DNA of 44,198 nucleotides from a virus (Duplodnaviria; Heunggongvirae; Uroviricota; Caudoviricetes): IMG/VR virus record IMGVR_UViG_2541047823_000013; one strand, 5' to 3'. Shown piece by piece: positions 36,336 to 44,198 of this stretch (position 1 is its first letter; each line of letters starts with the position of its first letter). The notes under the pieces were generated by a model. It saw only the letters and a program-made list of their open reading frames with translations, ran no database searches and was not told where the DNA came from. The position numbers and the translations under genes were made by a program.

Positions 36336-36992
36336 ATGAAGTCTTTAGGTGAACGTCTCATCAACGCACGGCAAAAAGCTGGGTTAACACAAGATGCGTT
36401 GGCTAAAAAAGCTGGGATCACCAGAGTTGCAATCAGTAAAGCCGAGCAAGGCCTTACAAAAAGTTTCAACGGTGACACCCTTTTTAAAGTTGCAGCTGCA
36501 CTGCGGTGTTCACCGCAGTGGCTTCAGAACGGAGATGAAAAAGATAAGCATTGGGAAAATAATGTTAAGAGCTGCCCACAGAGAGACACAGCACACTCTT
36601 ACCCTGTAATTAACTGGGTTCAGGCAGGATTATTCGCAACTTCTGGTGATGACTACAACATGTATGATCAGGATAATTGGAGGCATTCTGTAAAATACGC
36701 TGGTGAGAGGGGGTTCTGGCTGGAAGTGCACGGAGACTCAATGACTTCGCCCGTAGGAATAACATTTCCTGAAGGAATGTCGATCCTTGTCAACCCAGAT
36801 AAAGAAGTTTTTTCAGGGTGTTACGTCATCGCCAGAAAAAAATCTACCAATGAAGCAACATTCAAAAAATATATTTCTGACATGGGAAAGGCGTTTCTAA
36901 AGCCCCTTAATCCACAATATCCAATCATAGAAATGGACAATGATTGCGAAATAGTAGGTGTTGTGGTTGATGCCAGGTGGGATATTTTCTGA
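36336..36992 (+). CDS. cI: CI-type repressor (HTH-XRE plus LexA-like S24 peptidase domain)
   Basis: Track ORF trimmed to MKSLGERLINARQKAGLTQDALAKKAGITRVAISKAEQG behind a GAGAGGAG RBS; C-terminal GDSMTSP...FLKPLNPQYPIIEMDNDCEIVGVVVDARW parallels lambda CI. Confidence 0.9.
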   Translation: MKSLGERLINARQKAGLTQDALAKKAGITRVAISKAEQGLTKSFNGDTLFKVAAALRCSPQWLQNGDEKDKHWENNVKSCPQRDTAHSYPVINWVQAGLFATSGDDYNMYDQDNWRHSVKYAGERGFWLEVHGDSMTSPVGITFPEGMSILVNPDKEVFSGCYVIARKKSTNEATFKKYISDMGKAFLKPLNPQYPIIEMDNDCEIVGVVVDARWDIF

Positions 36993-37016
36993 CCAGACAC
37001 AAAACACAAAAAGAAA

Positions 37017-37053
37017 CCAAAGTATCAAAAATCACTTGCCACACCTTGATACC
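37017..37053. promoter_or_regulatory. candidate OL operator region
   Basis: Same CCAAAGTATCAA motif as OR plus inverted TTGATACC, just downstream of cI and upstream of the first early-left gene. Confidence 0.45.
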
Positions 37054-37095
37054 TTAGTTACCATAAAACAAAGTTCGTAACTGAGGTATCATCTC

Positions 37096-37599
37096 ATGAT
37101 CAATAAAGCTACAACTCTTGACTGTCTCGAAGAACTGAAAAACCTCGGCAGCCTCATTACACTAATAGCAAAAGCAACACCTGATGCTACGCTCTCTAGC
37201 GATATAGAGTCATGCGCAGGACTGGCATGGGATATGACAAATAGCATATCCAGAAAGCTATCGTCAGCAATGCTTTTACAGAACAAAAATTCTGCAATCA
37301 ACACCCGTCTTCGCACCCAACGCGAAGCCTGCGGCTTAACAACCGCCGAACTCGCCAGGCTGCTCGATCTCGATGAAGAAATTATCATCCAGTGGGAGAG
37401 CGGAGAGTATGAACCAACTATCAGTATGCTTATCCCACTGGCAAATATTCTTGGCTGCGATCCGATGTGGCTGTTAACTGGTGAGGTTACTCCTCCGGAG
37501 CAACCAAAAAGTGAGGAGCAGCAACACCATGACGCATCTCAACAAGTTTGCCCCTTATCTCGCGAAGCTCTTCTACGGAAGAACCAATACCAATGGTGA
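37096..37599 (+). CDS. HTH-XRE domain protein, first gene of the early-left operon
   Basis: 167 aa; HTH INTRLRTQREACGLTTAELARLLDLDEEIIIQWESGEYEPTISMLIPLANILGCDPMWLL; GAGG RBS. Confidence 0.55.
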   Translation: MINKATTLDCLEELKNLGSLITLIAKATPDATLSSDIESCAGLAWDMTNSISRKLSSAMLLQNKNSAINTRLRTQREACGLTTAELARLLDLDEEIIIQWESGEYEPTISMLIPLANILGCDPMWLLTGEVTPPEQPKSEEQQHHDASQQVCPLSREALLRKNQYQW

Positions 37600-37727
37600 C
37601 ATAATCGCCGCTTCGCCCCTCAAGGTACATGCGAACATTTTTATCAATCATTGCGGAAACAGTCTCAATATGAAAACACTTCTGAGACTCGCTATATAGC
37701 AGAACATATAAGTCAGCTGAGGAAACC

Positions 37728-38093
37728 ATGAAAAAGTTCGAAAACATAACTGTTCTCCATGTTGATGACTTTGATTATACAAACCCGGAACTTCTCCCGG
37801 AGGTTGTAAAGGCAATAGATGTTGCCGATATAGTGATTAGAGAAAAGAGAATTGTCAAAAACAGGCTCGTATGCACTTCAGGAGCAATGACAGAAACAAC
37901 CTCACAGCAAGATAATTACGAAGGCATTTGCCTGGAGCCTGATTCATTTGCGGTAAATGTTTATCATTTATTGCATGCAACACAGGTATTACATATGTCC
38001 AGTAATCACGAAACGAAAACACTCGGCAGCGAAATTCTGAGTTTTGCATGTGAGTATACAAAAGCTGCTGCCGAAAAAGAATTAGCGCAATAA
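37728..38093 (+). CDS. hypothetical protein
   Basis: 121-aa ORF, no recognisable motif. Confidence 0.5.
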   Translation: MKKFENITVLHVDDFDYTNPELLPEVVKAIDVADIVIREKRIVKNRLVCTSGAMTETTSQQDNYEGICLEPDSFAVNVYHLLHATQVLHMSSNHETKTLGSEILSFACEYTKAAAEKELAQ

Positions 38094-38287
38094 CAACAAA
38101 TATGCCTTGAACGTTTATTGCGGTTTTATCGCCGGGGATTGTTACAACCTTAAACCACAGGAGGCTTTATTGTGACTTTTATAAAGAATATGGCATCACA
38201 CAAGACCGCCTGCCTTATTGCACAATACGGTGAAAATTACATGCATATTGCCTGCTTATTTCTGCGTAAAGCATACGGGAGATAATA

Positions 38288-38476
38288 ATGCATCAGAAAA
38301 CAGCAGAACACGAACAAACCAGAATATTGCTGACCATCAAAAACGGGAAAGTAATATTCATTCGCCATGTTCATGACGATGAACTTGTAGGAACTCTTTC
38401 AACATTCCTGTTTATTGCAGAAAAGGCAGGATATGACGTTATTGCACCAGCAGATGAAGATGAAGATGAGGAATAA
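38288..38476 (+). CDS. hypothetical small protein with acidic C-terminus
   Basis: 62 aa ending ...APADEDEDEE; 6 nt upstream of the next ORF. Confidence 0.45.
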   Translation: MHQKTAEHEQTRILLTIKNGKVIFIRHVHDDELVGTLSTFLFIAEKAGYDVIAPADEDEDEE

Positions 38477-38481
38477 ATATC

Positions 38482-39063
38482 ATGCAATACGATGAATTCC
38501 AGGCTGAAGCAACAGCCAATGGTATACGAACTGGCAGTATGACGATTGATTATCACGACGCCATACGTCGTCTGGATGCCGGAGAATTCGATACTCCTAA
38601 TGTGCGAGGTTTACGTATCCTTCAGTGTCTGGCGCAAGCCGACGAAGCAGGATTACTGGGTAAACTTCCGGTTGAGATGAAGGTTGCTCAGTGGCGATGG
38701 TTGTATGTGACGACATTCATCAACGAAGAAGAAGACAAGAACGGCACAATTGATATCCTGAATGAACACGGAACAACTGAACACGCCGTGGTATATAACG
38801 GGATGTATGGGTTTATGACGATATATCCCGGCCCCATTCGATTTGCCTTACAACAGTATATTGAATGGAATTTAATTCAAAAATACGGCGAAACTGAAGG
38901 AATGGGAAGAGCGCTGTTTCTTTATCAGAAAATGCTCACTACTTCCCCTGATAAAGGTTTCATTCTTTCAGATATGGGTCGAGAAGGGCTTGAAATCCTT
39001 CTGGATGAAATTATTAACGAAATGAATACTCATGGCATGCAATCCGAAACAGATATTAAGTAA
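38482..39063 (+). CDS. hypothetical protein
   Basis: 193-aa ORF, no recognisable motif. Confidence 0.5.
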   Translation: MQYDEFQAEATANGIRTGSMTIDYHDAIRRLDAGEFDTPNVRGLRILQCLAQADEAGLLGKLPVEMKVAQWRWLYVTTFINEEEDKNGTIDILNEHGTTEHAVVYNGMYGFMTIYPGPIRFALQQYIEWNLIQKYGETEGMGRALFLYQKMLTTSPDKGFILSDMGREGLEILLDEIINEMNTHGMQSETDIK

Positions 39064-39073
39064 AAGGGACCAC

Positions 39074-39322
39074 ATGACCGTTATCGAGTATATCCAGGAA
39101 AATCCAGATTGCAGTAGAGAAGATATATCCCTCGCACTTGGAAGAAGCGCAACTTCTATCAGTAATGAATTATCACGGTTATTGTGGAATGGGTTAATAG
39201 TACGAACTGGAGAAAAAAACAAAATGATTCTGTACTGCGTAAACAATCTGCCGTTTGGATACAGCAATCCCCTAAGTGTTATGTTCAACCAGTTACTTAA
39301 ACAGGTAAGAAATGGCAACTGA
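39074..39322 (+). CDS. putative winged-helix DNA-binding protein
   Basis: Track ORF 39032..39322 trimmed to the ATG behind an AAGGGA RBS; MTVIEYIQENPDCSREDISLALGRSATSISNELSRLLWNGLIV. Confidence 0.5.
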   Translation: MTVIEYIQENPDCSREDISLALGRSATSISNELSRLLWNGLIVRTGEKNKMILYCVNNLPFGYSNPLSVMFNQLLKQVRNGN

Positions 39323-39629
39323 CTCACAACTAACCATAGAAACGGCCCTGAATGTCGGCCTGGCGCTCCTTGGTTATTTTTACATCGTGTTCTGCAGCGG
39401 ACGGTGGCTGTCGCTGTTGTTCCTGAAAAAATGGAATAAACGCCGTAAGCAGGATGAACGCCAGAAGGCAATGAATGCGTTTTCCGAAGCCTTCGGAATT
39501 GACGGCATGGAACCAGGGGATCCAGCTCGCGCAATCAGCAGAGGGGGTGTAGTAATCCTTGTATATCGGAGTGAAGAGAAAAATGACGATCACAAAACAA
39601 CGAGTAGAAAAAATCATATATCGCCATGA
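39312..39629 (+). CDS. small single-pass membrane protein
   Basis: 105 aa with one TM segment ALNVGLALLGYFYIVFCSGRWLSLLFL followed by a basic stretch. Confidence 0.45.
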   Translation: MATDSQLTIETALNVGLALLGYFYIVFCSGRWLSLLFLKKWNKRRKQDERQKAMNAFSEAFGIDGMEPGDPARAISRGGVVILVYRSEEKNDDHKTTSRKNHISP

Positions 39630-39897
39630 AATGGGACTGAACAGCGATGTCACTGCCGAAGAGGTTTATGACCTGGCTGTACTGGCGCTGAATTTATCAA
39701 ATATCGCAAACCTGAAGCGATACGAGCTTGATATGGATGGTTGCGACTCGTGCGGTCAGGATTGTGGCGCAGATATGACTGAAGATCCTGATGGTGATTA
39801 TGTCCTGTTTGATGACGTGGTTAAGTTGTTTGAATTTGATACAACCACTCAAAAGTTAGAAATCCCGGCAAAGGAGGCTGCCAGTGAGCAAGATTGA
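39559..39897 (+). CDS. hypothetical acidic protein
   Basis: Track ORF with a non-ATG start; may begin at the internal ATG (MTITKQRVEKIIY...). Confidence 0.4.
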   Translation: MYIGVKRKMTITKQRVEKIIYRHEMGLNSDVTAEEVYDLAVLALNLSNIANLKRYELDMDGCDSCGQDCGADMTEDPDGDYVLFDDVVKLFEFDTTTQKLEIPAKEAASEQD

Positions 39898-40570
39898 CTA
39901 TCAGGCACTGCGCGAGGCGGCGGAACAGGCAACGCAAGATGAATGGGTAGCATATATTATGCCGGGTCATAACGGCATTTATCCTGCGCGCACGTCTGAG
40001 GGTAGGCATTGCGGATACTTTATTGACTGGCCTGGCGTCTGTCAGGGGCGGGAGAGCATCAACATGAGCATCAGAACCTACGCAGTGAATTGCAATGACG
40101 CATGGCTAAACACCGAAGGTGATGACATCTCCGGCTCATACGTTAAGTACAAAGACCATCAGGAAGTGGTTGCCGCTCTTGAGGCCAAGTGCGCGGCGCT
40201 GACAGCGGAGAATGCAGGAATAAAGTCTGCAATTCCAGAATCACGGGATATTGAGGATGACAATGACAATATGGATGACGTATCTCTCGCGGAAGACTTC
40301 GGGTTCAATCATGCAATAGAACGGATGAGGAGACAGATACCTGAAACGCCAACCACTGATGCTTTCCTGGCTGAAGTCCGGGCGCAGGGGGTGGATGCTG
40401 CTATAGAAGCTGCAAAAAATCTGGTGGCCCAAGAATATGAGTATAAGGATTTCAAAGCGGCGCAGAGTGATTGCTGTATGCACCCTGGTTCAGACCTGGT
40501 AGGGAAGGTTGAAATGACGGAGTGGTTAGTTGACTTTGCTGCCCAGCTTCGCAAAGGAGGCAACCAGTGA
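39884..40570 (+). CDS. ead/Ea22-like family protein
   Basis: 228 aa; N-terminus MSKIDYQALREAAEQATQDEW typical of Ea22-like proteins. Confidence 0.6.
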   Translation: MSKIDYQALREAAEQATQDEWVAYIMPGHNGIYPARTSEGRHCGYFIDWPGVCQGRESINMSIRTYAVNCNDAWLNTEGDDISGSYVKYKDHQEVVAALEAKCAALTAENAGIKSAIPESRDIEDDNDNMDDVSLAEDFGFNHAIERMRRQIPETPTTDAFLAEVRAQGVDAAIEAAKNLVAQEYEYKDFKAAQSDCCMHPGSDLVGKVEMTEWLVDFAAQLRKGGNQ

Positions 40571-41103
40571 GCGAAATTAATTACCAGTCACTGCGTGAGG
40601 TGGCGGAACGTGCAATTCCAGCAATGGAACGCCTGTTAATGTTGCCAGCTGATGATGATTTGTTAAGTGAACAGGAACTTAAAGATTACGGTGTGGATAT
40701 TGATGCGCTCAATGCCTTCAAATTTCTGACCGGACCAGAAACCGTGCTGGCACTACTGGATGAACGGGAAAGAAACCAGCAATACATCAAACGCCGCGAC
40801 CAGGAGAACGAGGATATTGCGCTTACGGTTGGGAAGCTGCGCGTTGAGCTTGAAGCAGCAAAATCAAAACTCAACGAGCAGCGCGAGTATTACGAGGGAG
40901 TTATCTCTGATGGGTGCAAGCGTATTGCTGAACTGGAAGCGCGGGAAGTTCAATTACCGACTCGCTACGACCTTCGATATGGACACCCGATAAATGCAGA
41001 TGAGCGACAAGTCATGATACCTAAAGAAAATGGCAGTTGGCTTTACCTGATTGACCTAGAACACGCATTACGCGTCGCTGACATTCGCATCAAAGGAGAG
41101 TGA
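40567..41103 (+). CDS. ead/Ea22-like family protein (paralogous N-terminus, coiled-coil body)
   Basis: 178 aa; N-terminus MSEINYQSLREVAERA parallels the upstream gene; 4-nt overlap. Confidence 0.6.
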   Translation: MSEINYQSLREVAERAIPAMERLLMLPADDDLLSEQELKDYGVDIDALNAFKFLTGPETVLALLDERERNQQYIKRRDQENEDIALTVGKLRVELEAAKSKLNEQREYYEGVISDGCKRIAELEAREVQLPTRYDLRYGHPINADERQVMIPKENGSWLYLIDLEHALRVADIRIKGE

Positions 41104-41104
41104 T

Positions 41105-41368
41105 ATGGCAACTTTGACAAAAAAAGAACAAGCATGGTTGAGCGAATTACAGGACGTTCTTGATCGCTGCCCATCACCGAAAAAAATTGGTTTTTACACC
41201 ATTGGCGATAAAAGCATTTACCTGTATGACCTGCGCCGCATGGATGAAATCATGGAGGCTCTTGATAATCGTTCGTCAATGGATTGGTGTGTTGCTGTTC
41301 ATGATATGAATGCCGGATTTGATGAAAAGATTTTATTCCCCTCATCAGTTGAAAGTACAGCAGGATAA
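41105..41368 (+). CDS. hypothetical protein
   Basis: 87-aa ORF starting 1 nt after the previous stop. Confidence 0.45.
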   Translation: MATLTKKEQAWLSELQDVLDRCPSPKKIGFYTIGDKSIYLYDLRRMDEIMEALDNRSSMDWCVAVHDMNAGFDEKILFPSSVESTAG

Positions 41369-41378
41369 GGACTAACAC

Positions 41379-42140
41379 ATGACCACTATTACCAAAGAGC
41401 GACTGCTGACAATCAGGCAGTGGCGCGAAACATACGGACCTGGTAGCAACGTTGTACTGCCAGCAGAAGAAGCGGAAGAACTGGCACGAATTGCTCTGGC
41501 ATCGCTGGAAGCAGAGCCGATAGGTTTCCGTTGCAGGCGCAATGATAACCTTGGTGATTGGAGTTACGTATATCATCGAGAGCCAGATGATTTTGAGCGC
41601 AAACATTTAGTGATAGAGGGCATTTACGCCGCCCCTCCAGCACCGGTAGTGCCTGAAGAAGCAACTCCGGAAAACGTAGAAATGCTCTCTGGCTATGTTT
41701 CAACGTACAAATTAACCGATAGCGAGCGCGATATTGCTGCCGAAATATGGAACGCCTGCCGCGCCGCCATGCTTCAGTCCGGAAACTTTCGGGAAAACAA
41801 GAATTCGTCAACCAATAATTTTCGGGAAATCGCGGAAACGTCAACCAACTATCCGGCAATTCCTAGTGAGGTGTTGTCCGCAATCCTGAAGGTTGCCAGG
41901 ATTCGTGCCGATTTCGATGATTTTGACGGTGACAGGCGAGGTATCGGTGATTGTCTGGATGAGGCTGAGCAAGAGCTTATCGTTACCATTAACAAATATG
42001 CCAGTCAGTTGGCAGCAGAACCTATAGCGCCTAATGACGTTCGAGAGCAGACAGCCATTCCACAAGTTCCGGTAACTCCGGATGGTTGGATAAGCTGTAG
42101 TGAGCGAATGCCGGACGACAGGCAGGAGGTGAATCAATGA
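41379..42140 (+). CDS. hypothetical protein
   Basis: 253-aa ORF, no confident domain assignment. Confidence 0.5.
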   Translation: MTTITKERLLTIRQWRETYGPGSNVVLPAEEAEELARIALASLEAEPIGFRCRRNDNLGDWSYVYHREPDDFERKHLVIEGIYAAPPAPVVPEEATPENVEMLSGYVSTYKLTDSERDIAAEIWNACRAAMLQSGNFRENKNSSTNNFREIAETSTNYPAIPSEVLSAILKVARIRADFDDFDGDRRGIGDCLDEAEQELIVTINKYASQLAAEPIAPNDVREQTAIPQVPVTPDGWISCSERMPDDRQEVNQ

Positions 42141-42220
42141 GCTGGCCTGATGCAATCGTAACTCTGGGGGTGGTCTTCGCAGCAGCGTTTGTTGTGTTCT
42201 CGATTTGTCGATGGGGATAA
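42137..42220 (+). CDS. putative 27-aa hydrophobic peptide
   Basis: MSWPDAIVTLGVVFAAAFVVFSICRWG; ATG overlaps the upstream TGA (ATGA); below the ORF-track size cut-off. Confidence 0.3.
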   Translation: MSWPDAIVTLGVVFAAAFVVFSICRWG

Positions 42221-42224
42221 CCAC

Positions 42225-42467
42225 ATGTTCGCTTTGATTCAACGCGGTCAGATATACACGGACAGAGCTGGATACCCCGTGGTGATTACTCGCATCACTG
42301 AGCACTCAGTGTTCTTTCGACGGATGGACGGACGATCCGGGCGGGTACGCATTGGTGAGTTAAACTGCCTGTTCGAACATATTGACCACCAGGAGTACCG
42401 CAAAATTCTCGCGGACACTGAGCAGGAAAAGCACCTGAAAAAATTACGAGCCATAAAAAGGAAGTAA
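42225..42467 (+). CDS. hypothetical protein (possibly DUF4222-like)
   Basis: Track ORF 42189..42467 trimmed to the ATG behind a GGGGA RBS; MFALIQRGQIYTDRAGYPVVITRITEHSVFF... Confidence 0.45.
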   Translation: MFALIQRGQIYTDRAGYPVVITRITEHSVFFRRMDGRSGRVRIGELNCLFEHIDHQEYRKILADTEQEKHLKKLRAIKRK

Positions 42468-42470
42468 AGA

Positions 42471-42605
42471 ATGAATAAAGCATTTGAACGATGGGTCCAC
42501 CAGCGTTACGGCAATCGCTATGACCTGACGCGAGATGTTGACGGCTTCTACTGTCGTGAAGTTGTGAAGCGAATGTTTGAAGTGTGGTGCCACTGCCGTG
42601 GATGA
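42471..42605 (+). CDS. putative 44-aa Cys-containing small protein
   Basis: MNKAFERWVHQRYGNRYDLTRDVDGFYCREVVKRMFEVWCHCRG behind an AGGAAG RBS; below the ORF-track size cut-off. Confidence 0.35.
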   Translation: MNKAFERWVHQRYGNRYDLTRDVDGFYCREVVKRMFEVWCHCRG

Positions 42606-42623
42606 AAATTTTATGAGGTTGGC

Positions 42624-42878
42624 ATGCAGACAATTATCTATCAGATAACCCCCAGCAAATGGTGTACGGAGAGAGTCCTCATTGCATCAACAGGGCTAAA
42701 GCCTGGCACCATTGAGCGGGCAAGAAGAAAGTCATGGATGCAGGGAAAAGAATACCGCCATTACGCTGTAGAAGGTGATCCGGGGCACTACAGTGAATGC
42801 CTGTACAACATCGAAGAAATTATGCGATGGATCGAAAACCAGAAACAACCAGGTGCCAAAAATGCAAGTTCCGGTTAA
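42624..42878 (+). CDS. excisionase-like DNA-binding protein
   Basis: 84-aa basic protein directly upstream of the integrase; assignment mainly positional. Confidence 0.5.
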   Translation: MQTIIYQITPSKWCTERVLIASTGLKPGTIERARRKSWMQGKEYRHYAVEGDPGHYSECLYNIEEIMRWIENQKQPGAKNASSG

Positions 42879-42911
42879 CCTGTTAATGCTCCTGGACGTC
42901 TGGGAGGTTTA

Positions 42912-44198
42912 ATGAGTAACGCATCATACCCGACAGGCGTTGAAAACCATGGAGGATCACTCCGTATATGGTTTCACTATAATGGCAAACGTGTCAGAGA
43001 AAACCTCGGTGTTCCTGACACAGCCAAAAACCGGAAGATCGCTGGTGAACTTCGCACTTCCGTTTGTTTTGCAATCAGAATGGGGAGTTTCGACTACGCC
43101 GCGCAGTTCCCTAATTCCCCTAACCTGAAACACTTTGGTCTGGGAAAAAGAGAGATAACCGTTAAGGCACTTTCGGAAAAATGGTTGGACCTTAAGAAAA
43201 TTGAGATTTGTGCGAATGCACTTAACCGTTACCAGTCAGTAATTAAAAACATGTTACCAATGTTAGGTGAAAAAAAACTGGTTTCATCCATAACAAAAGA
43301 GGATTTACTTTTCGTAAGGAGAGATTTGTTGACCGGTTACCAAAAGCTTTCTAATGGAAAGACTTCTTCCATAAAAGGGCGCTCAGTGGTCACGGTAAAC
43401 TACTATATGACAACCATAGCTGGAATGTTTCAATTTGCAACAGATAATGGTTATACCTCAGGAAACCCATTTAACGGTCTGGCTCCCTTAAAAAAGTCCA
43501 AGGTAAAACCAGATCCTCTCACCCGTGACGAATTTATTCGTTTTATTGAGGCTTGCCGTCATCAACAAACAAAAAACCTGTGGATTCTCGCTGTATACAC
43601 GGGTATTCGTCACGGGGAGTTGGTATCGCTGGCATGGGAAGATATAGACCTTAAAGCAAGGACTATAACCATCCGTAGAAATTATACAAAACTTGGCGAA
43701 TTCACTCCACCAAAAACCGATGCAGGCACCGGAAGGACAATTCATCTGGTTCAACCAGCTATTGATGCTCTTAAAAGCCAGGCGGAAATGACCATGCTTG
43801 GAAAGCAACATTCTGTAGAGGTGAAGCAGAGGGAATATGGGAGAACTGCTGTGCATAAATGCACTTTTGTTTTTAGTCCTCAGGTAACAAAACAGCAGCA
43901 GTTGTCCGGACCTCACTACAAGGTTGACTCCATCAGGGAGTCATGGACAAGTATCTTAAAACGCGCAGGTCTGAGACACAGAAAATCGTACCAATCCAGG
44001 CATACTTATGCATGCTGGTCACTTGCCGCAGGAGCTAATCCTAGTTTTATCGCAAGCCAGATGGGCCACACAAACGCACAAATGGTATTCAATGTTTACG
44101 GAGCATGGATGAAAGACAACAATCACGAACAGATAGAACTCCTTAACAAAAGACTATCTGAAAGTGTCCCATGTATGCCCCATAAGAAAGTTGGGTAA
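42912..44198 (+). CDS. int: tyrosine recombinase, phage integrase
   Basis: 428 aa with catalytic-domain hallmarks (AVYTGIRHGELVSL, HTYACW, NVYGAWM); stop codon is the last three bases of the window. Confidence 0.9.
   Translation: MSNASYPTGVENHGGSLRIWFHYNGKRVRENLGVPDTAKNRKIAGELRTSVCFAIRMGSFDYAAQFPNSPNLKHFGLGKREITVKALSEKWLDLKKIEICANALNRYQSVIKNMLPMLGEKKLVSSITKEDLLFVRRDLLTGYQKLSNGKTSSIKGRSVVTVNYYMTTIAGMFQFATDNGYTSGNPFNGLAPLKKSKVKPDPLTRDEFIRFIEACRHQQTKNLWILAVYTGIRHGELVSLAWEDIDLKARTITIRRNYTKLGEFTPPKTDAGTGRTIHLVQPAIDALKSQAEMTMLGKQHSVEVKQREYGRTAVHKCTFVFSPQVTKQQQLSGPHYKVDSIRESWTSILKRAGLRHRKSYQSRHTYACWSLAAGANPSFIASQMGHTNAQMVFNVYGAWMKDNNHEQIELLNKRLSESVPCMPHKKVG

Larger units (their letters stand above)
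1..44198. mobile_element. lambdoid prophage, nearly complete in window (integrase at right edge to tail assembly gene I at left edge; distal tail genes and att sites lie outside)
   Basis: Contiguous, syntenic phage modules: int/xis, early-left operon, cI, replication, Q, lysis, terminase, head, tail, with operon-style overlapping start/stop codons. Confidence 0.9.

Noticed and set aside
37089-37747. Minus-strand ORFs of 99 and 86 aa overlapping the HTH gene and its downstream spacer
   Set aside because: Antisense to the operon direction with Ser/Arg-rich composition; the 86-aa ORF is not fully excluded
44100-44198. Attachment site or host flank
   Set aside because: The window ends at the integrase stop codon, and the left edge is inside gene I, so no att core or host sequence is available
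1-44198. IS elements, transposases, rRNA or CRISPR-Cas genes
   Set aside because: No transposase-like ORF, terminal inverted repeats, rRNA-like sequence or repeat-spacer array was seen

Overview
The window is almost entirely one lambdoid (lambda/HK97-mosaic) prophage, most likely from an Escherichia-like host. Late genes run right-to-left on the minus strand: partial tail assembly gene I, then K, L, M, tape measure H, G/G-T chaperones with a -1 frameshift site, an Ig-domain major tail protein, HK97-type neck genes, a repeat-built head ORF, portal, a fused prohead protease-major capsid gene, a large terminase split by a frameshift, small terminase, a cos-like region and an HNH endonuclease. 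Then come an Rz/Rz1, SAR-endolysin and pinholin lysis cassette, a NanS-p-type sialate O-acetylesterase, and a 3,063-bp tandem duplication carrying a TolA C-terminal-domain lipoprotein gene, tRNA-Arg and tRNA-Ile2, a 5'-truncated methyltransferase remnant and the 5' half of an OmpC-family porin gene. The intact porin, Q antiterminator, DUF968, DnaB-/DnaC-/O-like replication genes, Rha-type regulators, a lambda-cI-like repressor flanked by shared operator motifs, a long early-left operon of mostly unknown small genes, an excisionase-like gene and a tyrosine integrase complete the window. No Shiga toxin genes, CRISPR array, rRNA or IS element were seen. The best candidates for something new are the phage-borne lipoproteins that mimic the C-terminal domains of TolA (duplicated) and TonB, the tandem duplication itself, and the unknown gene cluster just downstream of cI. 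All similarity statements come from reading the translations and from memory of reference proteins; no database search was run. Coordinates I derived by hand (tRNAs, terminators, repeats, adjusted starts) may be off by a few nucleotides.
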